Shown piece by piece: positions 35,431-49,364 of a DNA stretch of 64,000 nucleotides. Origin of the DNA: Vicugna vicugna. Lineage: Eukaryota. The notes beneath the pieces were generated by a model, which was not told the DNA's origin, did not search any database, and was given only the letters and a program-made list of their open reading frames with translations. Each line of letters starts with the position of its first letter. Within the stretch, counting starts at the first letter, position 1. Location: assembly GCA_013265495.1 (NCBI GenBank), contig MU058213.1:1302001-1366000 (forward strand), read 5' to 3'. The position numbers and the translations under genes are program-made.

Positions 35431-37429
35431 TTTTTTTTAACCCCACAGATTCTCCCTGTCTACATGGACCCAAGGATGATAGCTACTCCCTGTGAAATTT
35501 TTGTCAAGACTTGTGTTTCAAATAATTGTTTTCTGCTTTGTTACAGGCTGAAACTTGACAAATAATGATTATAGACACACAGGCAAAGGGAAGAAGTAAG
35601 AGCATTTCTGTCCTCTGCTTCTTGTGGGGACTATTGCTCTATACCATATTGGGTTCACTCCCTGTCAAAAAATAAAATTTAAAAACCTCTCAAATACTAC
35701 AGAAAACTGAAAAGTATTTCTATTCTCCTAGTAATCCTTAATCCTTTCACTTTAATATAACAATTTACCATTTACAAACTGCAATATGCTATTTACATAT
35801 CTTGTCTTACTGAACACAAACCTGATTTCACATGAGCCACAATCACAGCATATGTGACAGTTTACATGCTTTTGTTAGTATTATATCATAAGCATTTTTC
35901 AGGTTGCTGCCTCATCTTCATAATTTTAATTTTCACGATTGTAAAATGTCCCATCCATTTTATATCATCAAATTTACGCATTTAGATACCAAAGTTGTGT
36001 AGGTGATCCATGCACAGCAGGAAGGTTAGAAACACTTGTATGGGTGAGTACTCTAATCTGCTTTTAGTCACAACTTAAAAGACGGTAAATAAGTAATCCA
36101 GTGTCCCACATAGAGGGTGAAAAGAGCAAGGAGTCTAAAGTGTGTGCAAAACACAAACTAAAACGACAAGTTAACAGTTTGGAAAGCCCCAGTTATCTTT
36201 TCCTTTGCTTTTCTCTTTTATTCAGCTTTTTAAACCTGACTCCAGGCAGAATAGCAATAAAGATTCCTTTCCTACTGTGGTTCATCAGCAGTAGCTAGTA
36301 CCAGAAGTCCTGTTTTCATCCCGATAACCAGGTATCAAAGAGGCTCAAATACACTGGGCTGTTCCTGATAGAGATCTGAGCTTTCAGAGGCCTTGCTGAA
36401 CTAAATCTGTGACCCTTGTGAGAAAGGGCCATTGTTACTTGAGGAACACAATCTTTCTGATCCCACACAAGGAAGCACGTTCCTTGCAGAGAGCAGGTAG
36501 GAGTCACACCTTTTGTGTGCTTCTGCCCTGTGTTAAAATCAAATCCTTGGCTACTTGATCTTCTATACCTCTGACCTCATGATGGCAGATCATTTGATGA
36601 AAGTAAATTCTTTTTGGGTCTTTGACAATTGCCTTTAGAAATCTGGGAAATATTTAAAAATTTCCACCAATATGATTGAATATTCAAAACTTTCTCTTTC
36701 ACCTGTATGGTCAGGCTATTTACCCAATCCTTGTACTAACTAAGGTCTGAGTTTATTCCAGCACTTTTCTTTGACCCTCTGCTTGGCACTTAGTGGGTTC
36801 TCAGTGCGTGTTTGTTGAATAGATGAGTGAAGCTAGAAGTCTGGACAGGGGTTAAATTTGTGGATTTGCTAATACCTCACCCATGTACTTATTATCATAA
36901 TTGTGGATTTAAGTATTTTTGAAAACTCAGAAATGCTGAAAAGTTTTGAGAGTATATGAATTTAGGTCCCTGTCCTACAACTAACTCCTTGCACAAGTCA
37001 TTTCACTTTGAAGGACCTTAGTTTTCAAGTCTGTAAAATGAGGTCAGCAGGGTGTTTATGGGCAGGACAACTATCCAGGTGTTCTTTTTCTGAGGCCAGC
37101 ATCCTTTCTACCCACCTGTGCATTTCAGCACATCTTCACGTGGTCATGCAGCTCCTTTGGATGACCTCTACATCTCCTTCTAGAGCTAACCTTCTATGAT
37201 TCCAGAATTCAGTTACTCAGCATCCTGACTCTGGGCAAAAGCAGCAAGGACAAGTATTCTTTGTGTAGGTTGTCATTTGGGTAGATGTTAGTGCTGCTGT
37301 GGGTGTTGTACGTCCAGGCTGGGCTGAGAGAATGAGCAGGCTCTTTCTTCTCTCACTGATCTTGGGGAGGGAGACTTTTGGGACTATATGTGAGTTCATT
37401 CATTGACTAAATATGCCAGTAAGACTGAT

Positions 37430-38130
37430 CCTTGACCCCATTATTTCATCTTTAACTTGGATTCTTCATATTGTGTATCTGTCTGCCTACTTAACACTTT
37501 TACTTGGATCTGCAAATCTTTCCCCACAAAAACACAAAACAACACCCACAAATATCTGGTCTTCTTTGATATTCCCTGCCTTACTGAATGTCACCACTAT
37601 CCACCTGGAAGGCCAAGCTAAAACCCCAGGTATTATCCTTGATCTCTCCTTAAACTCATCACCAAGTCCTCAATTTTTTTTTTTTTTTACCATTTTTAGA
37701 ACTCTAAATTTTCTCCACTTCCCCCAGTCTCACAAGCTGCCTCCCTAGTCTGAGTCATCAAAACTTTTCCCTGAGCACTGCTGCCACCTTCTAACTGGTC
37801 TTCTGATCTCAACCCTTGCCTCTCTCTGACGTGTTTTCCCCATAGGAGAGACAGTGGAAATGTCTTCCAGATTAAAAATTGATCATATCACCTACCCTGC
37901 TCAATCCTTTGTATGATCAACCATGGCGTTTTGGATAATGATCAAAATTCTTAATATGTTCTAAAAGGTTTATACAGTCTGGCATTTGCCTCGTGACCCC
38001 TTGATCTCTGTCCTCCATCCTCATGGACCTTCTTTTATGCAGCATCCTCCTCCCCTGTGGTGAGAGTGCTTTCACTCTCCCTCATCTTAGCCCAAGCCTT
38101 CCCTCTTCAGGGAAGCCTTGCCTGTCTCCT
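37430..38130 (+). mobile_element. L2 fragments
   Basis: gaatgtcaccactatccacctggaaggccaagctaaaaccccaggtattatccttgatctctcc...ttgatcatatcacc. Confidence 0.7.
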
Positions 38131-39559
38131 CTCAATCCAAATATGTGCTTTTGCTCTGAATTACAGGTGAAGGAACTGATTTATGTGTCCAAAGTTGGTT
38201 TATGTGTCCAAAGTTAAACTGCTAATAAGCAGTTCAAATGGGACCTAGGGGCCCAAGGCCAATAATGTCAGAACCAGGATTCAGAACTGTGTTTGATTCT
38301 AAGTGCTTTGCTGCTAACTACTGTGCCAGAGGTAAGAAACAGGTTTCACCTCCCATCGTAGTTTTGATTAATAGTGCTGCCTGCAGTGCTGTGATGAAAG
38401 GGATTCTGAGATTGTATATTGTTGCAGTGGAGAAGGCTAACGTGATTGATTAGTGATGCCTGCCATGGGTAAAGGATTAGATGGAGAAGGTGCACAGGAC
38501 AGTTATTTGTCCTATGCAAATTTTAATACTGCTTATTTTATTAAAAAATCAGCATCAGAATCTCCTTACAGGTCAGAAGAGTCAGGAGCAGGACTCCAGG
38601 TCCCTTAAAAAGTGGAGAGCCTCAGACCACTGGGCTTTTGAAGGGAGCCAGTCAAGCGTTTATAAAAATCCACCCTATTTCTTACTGGGATGCTCTCTTT
38701 ACAAACTCCTTTATTCTCCCTTCTGTCAAGAGAACTTTGATGGGCATGTATTGTGTGCTCTTGTAGTAGAAGACCAGGACTGTCAGATGCAGGAGATGGA
38801 GACAGGTAGTTGCTCTAGGATTCTTAGGCACCACCAAGATGCCTTTTAACATAGCACACTGGAAAGCCCAACTTACTTTTCAGAGCAGAATTCCAGAAAG
38901 GTGAGAGTGAAGGGTGATGTGGGTTAAGGCTCCTTCTCCCACATTTCAGGATTAGGTACCCAGGTTCTAGCGACTTTCTCCTCATTCCATCTGGCTGGCA
39001 TCTCTTTGATGATTTGGGATTTGTCTTACACATCTCTGCTGCTACCCTGTAGTACCTAACGCAGGCTTGCCCCCCCCCCCCAGAATTTCATAATGGTTGG
39101 ATCCATTTTACTTGTGTAGAGTCCCAGCTTTCCCAAAGCAAAGACAGTGCTTTATTCTCCACTTAAAGAGTTCTGTTTCTTGCTCTTACCTGCTTGGCAT
39201 GGTCTGGCACCTGGTATTCATGCTGAAGGTATAGGCAGCATTCTTGCTCCTGTAAGTAAGAGCTTTCTTTCCTCTCGGGCAGGAGGCTGCACCAAGAGCG
39301 TACAGGCACACGAGGCTTATCTCCACTCTGAGAAGGCACATGCAAGTGGATCTGTGCCCCATTCCTTGGTCTTTGCCTCCTGATATCCACAGGGAGGGGA
39401 TAGAGGCTGTAGCATTTTCAATATTGTGGTTCAAGATTCTAGATTTCTGCTTCAGGATTCTGGCTGGTGAGGATCTGATTTCTTGTCTGTCTCTTTAAAT
39501 GCCTTCTGCTTCCGTATTGGTATTTGACTTCTGGTCAATATCTTGTTATTGGACTCTTA

Positions 39560-41410
39560 AGTGTTGGCATGCTCCTGGGCAGTGTTCAGTTCACTTCTCT
39601 TCACTTTGTTATCTGCTTTCACTGGTCACCTCATCTAGTCCCATGGCTTTTGATGTCATGTTTAAGCTGGTGATTCCTGATTTTTTATCTCTAACTCTGA
39701 GAGTGCCTCCGAATCTTAGATATTTACATTTAACTGCTGCTCAAGGTTTCTAACCAGGTCTCCAACACAGCATTTCAGACTTAAAATATCTGGAGCAGAG
39801 ACTTGATTTCACTGCTGATCTTCTTCTTCCTATCTTTTGTTCTCAGCATCATCAGATCAAGTTCTCTTTTTCCTCCACATTTCAAAATCCAGTTTATCAG
39901 CAAGTCTGTTCATTCTACCCTCAAAACATACTCCAATTCTGACCCTGTCTTACTCCCCCACCACTGCCGTCTTAGTCCTGCTTTTCCTTTATCTCTTATC
40001 TAGGCTAGCAGTAGCTTTTTCATTGATTTCCTACTTCTGCATTCATTGGTATCTATTTTATTTTCCATATAGCTGCCATAATAGTTCTTTAAAAAAAAGA
40101 AGCTTTGCTTTTTAGATCAGTTTTAAGCTCACAGCAAAATTAAGTAGAAGCTACAGAGATCTCCCATACATCCTTTGCCCCTACACATGCATAGCCTCCC
40201 TAGTATCAATATCCCTCACTGGAGTATACATTTGTTACAACTGATGAACCTACATTGACACATCATTATCACCCAAAGTCCATAGTTCACTTTAGGGTTC
40301 GCTCTTGGTGTTATACATTCTGTGGATCTGAACAAATGTATAATAACTTATATCTATCATTATAATATCATACAGAGTATAGTTTCACTGTCCTAAAAAT
40401 TCTCTGTGCTATGTCTATTCATCCCTCCCTCTCTCTAACCTCTGACAACCACTGATCTTTTTACTTTCTCCATAGTTTTGCCTTTTTAAAAATGTCATAC
40501 AGTTGGAAATGTTCAGTAAGTAACCTTTACAGATTGGCTTCTTTCACTTGGTAGATATGTTTAGGTTTTCTTCATGTCTTTTCATTGTTTGAGAGCTCAT
40601 TTCTTTTTAGTGTTGAATGATATTCCATTGCTTGGCTGTAACATATTTTATTTATCCATTCACCTACTGAAAGACATCTTGGATGCTACCAAGTTTTGGT
40701 AATTATGCATAAAGCTGCTATAAACAGTTGTGTGCAGGTTTTTGTGTGGACGTACGTTTTTTTACTCCTTTTGGTCAATACCAAGGAGCATGATTACTGG
40801 ATTATATAAGAATATATTTAATTTTATAAGAAACCAGCAAGCTGTCTTCCAAAGTGGCTGTACCATTTTGTATTCCCATTAGTAGTGAATGAAAATTCCT
40901 ATTGCTTTACACAGAATGATCTCTTTAAAATGTAATAAAATCATGTCACTCCTGTACTTAAGATTCTACAAATGGCTTCTTATCACACTTACAGTGAAAC
41001 CTAAAATCTGTCATAGCTTACATGGCTCTAAAATATGGCCCTTTCTACTTTAAACTCTCTTACTTCTCATTCACCATGCACCAAGTATACCAGTCTTCCC
41101 TTAGTCCCTTAAGCACACCAAGTTCATTCTCGCCTCAGGACCTTTGTGCTTGCTGCTACCTTTCCCTGACATATTATCTAAAATAACGTGCCAATCCTTC
41201 CATCTCCTTACTCCTTTTTTTCTTCGTGACACTCATCTCTACTTGAAATCATAGCATATAATAGCATATTTATTTCATTATTATTGTCTCTCTCCCCCAT
41301 TGCAATGTAAACTCCTTGAGGGTTGGGACTTTTGTAATTTCTTCCAGGGCCTAGGATAGTGCTGGTACGCAACATGCATTCAGTAAATATTTATCAAATA
41401 AGTAAGTGGA
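39560..41410 (+). mobile_element. L2 interrupted by L1MC insertion
   Basis: L2 body 39560-40090 resumes ~40913 (aaatcatgtcactcctgtactta...aatgtaaactccttgagggttggga...taaatatttatcaaataag). Confidence 0.8.
40095..40912 (-). mobile_element. L1MC-like 3' end
   Basis: cagttttaagctcacagcaaaattaagtagaag...acatcattatcacccaaagtccatagtt. Confidence 0.85.
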
Positions 41411-42689
41411 TGGATGTTCAAGTCATAGATAATTTTCTCTCTCTGCATGGTAATTTGCTCACCTGGACAGTGAGAGGTTGAATTAAATGACTTCTAAGGA
41501 CCTACTTGGTTCTGAAAACACCAGGGGCATATGAGAAATTGGCAATTTAATGGGCAGTAAAAGAAGCTAACTTCATTATAAGAATAGGAAGAATATTTTA
41601 ATAATAATTCTTCCATTTCCCCATTTGTAATTGCTTTTTAAAAATTATTTTGATCAAAATGTCTTTAAGGTCCATTTGTGTGCCTAGCTTGAGGTTGAGA
41701 AAAACCCTGAGATCTAAAACAGATTTTATATACAGTGCTGAAGTCATTCAGTGTTGAGGAAAGACAGTTGTGAACTGGAGAATTTTATAAAGGAGAGAGG
41801 TCATGCTTTAGGCTAGAAGGTGGGTAGATTTTGTATTTGACCTTATAATAGATAGGCAGCCTTTAATGATTCTTAAGAAGGGAGTGGCATGTTAAAAATG
41901 TACCATCTGGGAAACTATCTGTAGACTCCCTATTAGAATTGAACTCCCTGACCAGATTGTGAACTGCTTAGAAGTAGAGATGTGCTGTTTTGACTTTGTA
42001 TTGAAGTACAGTTTCTAGCATGTGCTAGATGCTAGAAGATTATTTGTTGGATGAAATTGGAGAGGAAGTTGAAGCTGAAGGGTTAAGAGATGGAAATTCA
42101 GCAGGGATTGCCTGTTACACTGGCTTTCACACATGGGCTTGCTATGAGGTAGGCAACTCCAGTGTCCTCATTAGCTGAGGAGGAAACTGAAGGTGAGGTG
42201 AGTTCATATTTCAAGTCCTGTAATCGCAGCTTGAACTTGAATCCAGAGCATCCTTCATTCAATGAGAGCTTGATGCAATAGTTCTGATCTTGTAGCCAAC
42301 ACACACACTCAGCACACAGACATGCTTATATATGCCAGCCCCCTTCCTGAGTTCATAATTACAACATAATTCAATCTGAAGTTTTTTCCCATAAGGAATT
42401 AGTATTCTATTCAGTAGCCACCCAGATCCCAAACAGTGAAAGCTCACCATCAAGCACTTGATTGAATGACCCACCTGGAATTGTTTATACTTCATTAACA
42501 CTTTTCATAAATCATGAGTTTGACAGGTTACTGGCATGGACTTTCCAAATCTCATAATTATGTTTTGTTTTTCCCTTGCTTCATCAGTTTCCTTTCACAG
42601 GCTGACAGCTTAGCAAATGTTACTAGAACTACCAGCTACTGCAGTGACCACTTCTGGTGTGAGCACCTACTGTACACCCAGCACTGCTG

Positions 42690-42915
42690 TAGGGGTCTGA
42701 AGATTGGGCTGTATGCAGTCTTGGCTCTTCCATGTATTAGCTGGATGACCTTGACAGATCTCTGCAGTCATTTACATTAAGAAAAAAAGGATAATGCATG
42801 TAATGGTGACTATTTCTTAAGATTGCTTTAATGATGACTTGAGATAACGTGGGTAAAGAATTTGGTGCAGTGTCTGACACACAGTTCGTCTTGAATAAAT
42901 GCTAGTGATTATAGT
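42690..42915 (+). mobile_element. MIR SINE
   Basis: tattagctggatgaccttgacag...aaggataat...taatgatgacttgagataacgtgggtaaag. Confidence 0.6.
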
Positions 42916-43290
42916 TCTACTGTTAGTAAGCCCCCAAGAAGACTTGAGCATCCAGAGGCTGGAGGGCTCTGAAGTGCCCAGCCCCTGAGTTGTACAGTGA
43001 AAGCTATTGTCCTTATGTTTATCCATGACAGGTGAGTTAGGAGGAAGACAAAGAACTTGAACTGATTAAGGTCATTATTTGAATTCTTTATCTTGCTTGT
43101 TGGGAAGCTAACCTAAGATTCTGGGCTCTAATGGAGGCTCAGAGGCTCTAATCTCTATGCAGCCTTGTTTTTGCGTTCTCAGAGCCTGCTACAGTGGCAT
43201 TCAACAGGCCTTTAGTAACTTGAATGGATGAATGGTTAGAGAAATGAGGCAAAATGGAAGATAGATTCCATTATTTACATCATGCTTTAC

Positions 43291-43850
43291 TATATATATA
43301 TATACATATATATATATTTGTATTTGTATTTATCTAAATATATATTTGCTGATTAAATAAATAATATATGCTTCTTGTAAAAAATTAAGCAATACCAAAA
43401 TATGTAAAGAAAAAATTCCCTTGAAATTCCATCTCCAGAGATGGCAATTGTGAAGGATTTTCTGTCTATTTTCCCTGACTTAAAAAATGTGTATACTAAC
43501 ATATGTGCATTTTACAAAAACGGATTCATACTATTCAATCTGTTCTACAATTCGTTTTTAAAATTTTAGGCTTATTTTAAGAAATATTTTCTAAATCATT
43601 TCATATAAATGTGCATTCTTTTTAAGGGTTGCACAGTTTCTATCACGTTTGCATTTATTGCCCTCCTGGTAGAAATTTATATTGGTTATAGTTTTTTTTG
43701 TTGTATAATACAACATTTCAAGAAATATTCACACACCCGTCTTTGCCTTTTTGAGAAAAAGGTTATATTGGAAGAAAATCTAATGGTAGAATTGCTAGAT
43801 GGAAGGATATACACATTTAAAATTTTGATGCTGTGCAATGTGCCTTTATA
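43291..43850 (-). mobile_element. (TA)n followed by L1ME-like 3' fragment
   Basis: tatatata run 43291-43317; atatgcttcttgtaaaaaattaagcaatacc...gtagaattgctagatggaaggatatac. Confidence 0.55.
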
Positions 43851-46339
43851 ACTTTCTTGGAATTTGGAAATGTGGTCTATGCTAGCCCTGCCAATGTCCC
43901 TACCCAAAACAACAGGATGAACTGCTTATCCCAGCCCTCTGCCACTTATAAAAGAATATAAGATGTAGAATGTAAAGTGAGTTCATAGAGTATTTGTAGC
44001 TTGTAGCTGAAAAAGTTTCTTTTATGGGTTAGTTCATCCTCTTTGACCAAGTAGCTTTATGGGGCAGATGCATATAATGGGGTGTGGAAGAAACAAGCTG
44101 CCCACTCAGGATTCAAAATAAATAAACAAGAAGATGAATACAAGAGAAAATATTTCCTGTAAGTTAAGTCACCCTGGTGTGGTGACAGTTTTCCTTAATG
44201 TGTCAGTATCAGAGTTGGGGAACAGAAAAAGTATTCCCTATTTGTGGAGCAAAATCGTTATGAACGGAGCTACACTTCCTTCAGCATATTTTTCCTATCC
44301 ACCCTTGACACCAGCCCAAGAGCGTGAAGCTTTATATCTGGAAGGATGAACACTTCTGTAAAATCATTACTAAACTAAACAATGGAGATTTCCTTATTGT
44401 GGTGAAGATGGAGGGTGAGAAGAGGAAGGGCTGGAGTTGGGATAGCTTTGCAGCGCTGGCAGGGATTTTCAGGGTGATTTAGTGGGGATTGATTTGCAGT
44501 TTATTTTGCAGCCATTGTTTGTAATTTGCTTTGCCAGCTCATGTACCCTGAACCTTAATTGTTCTAAATTAAACTATAGGGACCAGACAGCACACATTTC
44601 AATCAGAACGACAAAATATTGCACTAAGTCCCATAGGGATACATCAACCCTTGCTAGGATGGGCTTGTACACAAGAGAAGAGGGAGAGGGAGCTCTCAGG
44701 AGGACATTTGATTAGAGTCGAATAGGCTCTGTTCTGCTTGTTTACAAGGTAAAACCCAAGTCTCCCACCCCAACTTGAATGGATGCGAATTTGAATAGTC
44801 AGAGACAATAATTGTTGTTTGAACTAGGCTGGTTACCTAGACATTAAAGAAATGTAGTCCTCAACTTAATTGCCTTGTATTTTATCCATTAGCGTTGATT
44901 TTAAAAAATGAGTTGAAGTGCTATCTGGGTTGAGGAGAGTTCTGATTAGCCTAGAAACACTGCAAAGAATTCTCAGGGCTTATTCAAATGCAAAGAAATT
45001 CAATGTCTTCTAGCAAGGGACTGTTCGCTTTCCTCTTATTATTCCTTGTTGGGATGTGCTGTATTGAGTCAATGTGGAAACTAGGAAATGAGCCAGAGTC
45101 TGGACAAGCAGCTTAGGCTGCAGCATTCCTTGTAGACTATAAGAAGGTTACATGATTTTTTACCCCAATCTCTTCTTGGAATGTAAAAGCAATCATAACT
45201 GTTAAGATAGGTAAACATCACCACCTACCTCAAGTAATTCATTTTTTTGACACTTGCAAATATAAAAATAAAGGCAATACAGCAGACACACTTAAATTCA
45301 AATAATAATAAAAAGGCATAAATAAATAGTAAAAGCTAATTCTACTCCTCCATAGTTTTTAAAACCCAAATGTAGCCATTGTTGATTTTCTAGTGTCTTT
45401 TTCAACATGTGTACATTTGGAAAAAATGTAATCATAGTTATTTATATTGCCTTATTCCTTGTTTTTATGATTTAACAGCATATTTTCCCAATTTAACAGG
45501 TTGTGTAATTCCTTTCCAGAAATAACTTACTCTTTTTAATGGCTATATGATATTCCATTCAGTGCATGTCTGATAATTTATGTAGTCCTCTATTGTTGAG
45601 CATTTCGTCTGTTTACAACTTTTACCACTGCCTACTAAGAAGATCTGAGAGTGTGTTTACCAACAAAGCCACACAATTGAAAAATGTATTCATTTAGGGC
45701 CAAAATTGAGACTTAAAGACCTATAATTGCTTCAATATCTTTATTAGCCTTAACTATTGGTCCTTCCTTTGTTTCTCATCTATGACCTTGTACCTTGGTT
45801 TTTGCTTCCAGCTAATGTCTTTATTACTTTTAGTACTGCTTTCTTATTTTATGTATAATGAGGTGTTGGGTTCAGCTAGCTTTCCTTTGCAATGTGACCT
45901 AGAAGTGGCCTGGATTCATTCAGTGTTTTCCCCAGATTTTGTACAATCTGTTTTCTCCTAACTTCTTGATTTGGTCTCCCTCTTGGGCTTATGCATAGCT
46001 CCCTGGGTGGAATCTGTGCCATCTCCTGGAGTTTATGTTGCCATTCCTATAACTTCCAACACAGCCAAGGGACTTCTTTTGTCGTTAACTTCAAATTTTA
46101 TTCAGCAAACACTGATTAAGAACCTACTGTGTGCTAGGCACAGATTCCTGCCCTTGGTGTTGGGGGATCATGGCTCACTTGGGGAGACAGGCACACAGAT
46201 ACTTACACCCTTGTGATGAGTCCAAGACAAGATAGAGGTATTTACAAGTTCTTTTGGGGCTAGAGAAGGAATATCCAGGAGAGGCCTCTTAAGAGAGATG
46301 ACAGCTGAACTGAGGCTTAAAAGATCAAGATCATTTGTT

Positions 46340-46930
46340 TATGCTCAGTAACTCCACTTCAGTTATATTCTAAAAAAATGTCTTGAACATGCACACAATA
46401 AGACAAGTACAGGCTGGTCATTATAGCATTGTTTGTAATAGTGAAAAATTAGAAGCAAACTGAATGCCCACAGTAGGGAAATTAATAAATGTGGTATAGT
46501 CAGATAATGGAATAATATTTAGCTCTTAAAATAAGCAAACCAGATCTACATATATCACTATGAACAAATCTTGAAAATATCATCTTGAGTGAAAAAAGCA
46601 AGCTGCAATAGTTTGAATATAGTATGATATATGCCATTATAAAAACAGAAAAGAATACCAAGAGTTTAGGGATATATGCATGTAAAGTAAAAGAAGGAAG
46701 TTAATAACAAGAATAAACGCTAACCTCAGAATAGCGGTTATCTGGGATGGGAGAGGCAGAAGGAGAAGAGATTGGGAAGGAGAATAAAGGGCTTTTCAGT
46801 TGTTTCTGTGACATTTTATTTCTTTAAAAGTGATGCAATCAAATATGGCAAAATGTTCACATCCATTAGATACAGTGATGGTACTTTGATTCACTTTATT
46901 AATCTTGTACGTGAAGAATTTAATTAAAGA
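46340..46930 (+). mobile_element. L1ME-like 3' end following an L2 fragment (46090-46330, minus)
   Basis: cattatagcattgtttgtaatagtgaaaaattagaagcaaactgaatgccca...ttgagtgaaaaaagcaagctgc. Confidence 0.75.
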
Positions 46931-47669
46931 AGAATGAGTAGGGTTCCTGTTGATGGATAAGCCCAGATCCTGTGTGTTTATTTGAAGAGACATAGTGTTC
47001 TAAGGATATTTACTGTGTGGGTTAATATGAGCAGCACTCTCAGAAATTTTTGCAAAAGGAAAAGGAAGTGAGGGAATCTCTCTCTGGGGTGACTTCTAGT
47101 GGTTTTAACCTTTATTTTAGGGACCCCTTGAGATCCTACAGAGTCCCTCCATGAGCCACTGCTAGGATGGGAGGAGGGCATTTACCAGGTTGGGTTCTGA
47201 GACCACTACACTATTCCTTAGCTAGAGCAGACTCACTTACATTGACAGTATTTGTTTGCATGTTCATGTAAGATACAATTTGAACAAAGTTTCTGAGCCT
47301 AAAAAAAGAGTTTGGAAACACCTGACTTAGGCAGTCCCTTTCCTGGGAAGGCTGTTTTCCTCTTTCATCTTTTTATTTTGCAAAAATAGACTCCAGGTTT
47401 GCATTAAAGGAGATGGTCATCATCTCTCTAACCTCCCTTCTGATCTTTTTCAAGTTTTGGCAACCTCTGCTCTGTCTGCATGTTCTTTGATCTCTGAGGT
47501 CTCCATCTCACAAGCACCTTCAGTGTCTCTGTGGTTTCCATGATCATGAGGGTCCTTCAGTTTGTGCTGGATTCATCTTGTATTCCTTTATAGAAAAAAA
47601 TGCAGATTTCCTGGAATCACCCTCCACCTTTTTTAAGGGTAATATTTTATTGTGTATAAATAGTCCTTT

Positions 47670-47965
47670 TTTTTTTTAGCTTTACTGAGACAGTTAGTAT
47701 ACAAAAAATTTGCATACATTTAATATATACATTTTGAGGAGTTTGAACATATACATATATCTGTGATACCATCACCACAACCAAGGTACTAAACATATCC
47801 ATCACCTCCAAAAATTTCCTTGTGTTTTGTGCTCGTGTGTGTGTGTGTGTGTGTGTGTGTCTGTGTGTTTTGAGAAGAACACTTAATATGAGCTCTGTTC
47901 TCTTATTTTAAAGTGCACAATACTCTATTGTTAACTACCAGTACTATTTTGTAGAGGAGATCTCA
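47670..47965 (-). mobile_element. L1M 3' end containing (GT)13 microsatellite (47835-47860)
   Basis: gtgataccatcaccacaaccaagg...aacacttaatatgagctct...ttgttaacta. Confidence 0.75.
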
Positions 47966-49364
47966 ACACCCACCACTCCTTGCCATCTTGTGCTCTGTCT
48001 GCTCTTTCTCTAGAGATCTGCCTCCATCTATTCTGCCTTATCTGCAGACTAATCTCCTTGCCTCTGGCCCTTGCCCTTTATTATCTGTCAGACACACTCT
48101 TGCAAAATAATTGTCCTCTGGCACCATTTTAATCACATAGTGGTGATCAGGACTATTAACTTGATCCAGAAACTATTAACAATTTCTCACCTTCAAAATA
48201 AAATTTCTTTAAAATAATTACCTTGACTAGACAGGCTTGTCTATATCATTTCTTCTTCCCTCCACCCCTCATTTTATTTCCCTCTCAGCTACCTTGCTGC
48301 CTGCTTTATCTAATATCCAATAATCTGGCCCACTCAACAGGCAGGTTCTTTTGTAGTGTTGACAAAGCCTTCTGAACCTGTTGAGGCTGCTAAACTATAC
48401 TCGAATATTTGTCACATAATACCTCTACATACAGAAGATACTGAATTAGTAATTTAATTAAATTATTATTTGCAGCTTTCCATTGTACCACTGTTTGCTG
48501 TTTATCCATGTAAATGCAAGCTATTGAGATTGTAATCTCTAGTGCATGAATTGTGGCTGATTAGTTTCACAGGGCCATTTGCTTGTGGGGCCTTAATAAA
48601 TAGTCTTAAGTCATGAGAATAAATGTTGTATGTGAAATTTGTAAACTAGAAAAGTTTTATTGTTCTCAGGGAATGCTGAGATACATCAAATTCTTGGGCA
48701 AATTTCTGAAGTGGAAATGATGAATATAATCTCTCATTTGCATAAGAGTTATTTGTCCTCATTTCTCCAGTTGATGAAGCAAGTAAATGTGACTTGAGTT
48801 ACTTCTGAAATTTGCTAAGCTTTCAAGATTCCCCATTAAGAATCACTTAGGTAACAAAGAATGCATTATGTATGTTTTCATGTTTATTGACTCTAATGCA
48901 TGGTGCCTTAGTTGCCTAGAATAAATCCCTCATTGACATGATTGTCTGTTTGGATTAGTAAATTAGGGATTACCAAAACTAACATGGATTTTACCAGATG
49001 CCATGTTGAACAAACTTTGAGGTTAGCAGGAATTCTTAGATGCCTTAAATTGCCAAAAACTGTCTACAGGCATGTTACATAAGTTATGCACATATAAACC
49101 CCTGCCTTTAACCCTCCCTCTTTTCCTCCTTCTATTCCTAATATACAAAGAGGCAGAATTAGATACCTCTACTCCTTTTTTCATACTAGTTATAAGGGGC
49201 TACTTGGCCTAGAGTGTTCTCAAAAAGAAGCATGATATGGGTTATGAAGACCTGGACTATTAATTCATTGTAGATGGATTTGGGAGCTATCTATGCATGC
49301 AGAGAATGTTGCAGGAATTTCAGATCTATGATCATAAGCTTACATTCTCCCCAGCCCACTTTTT

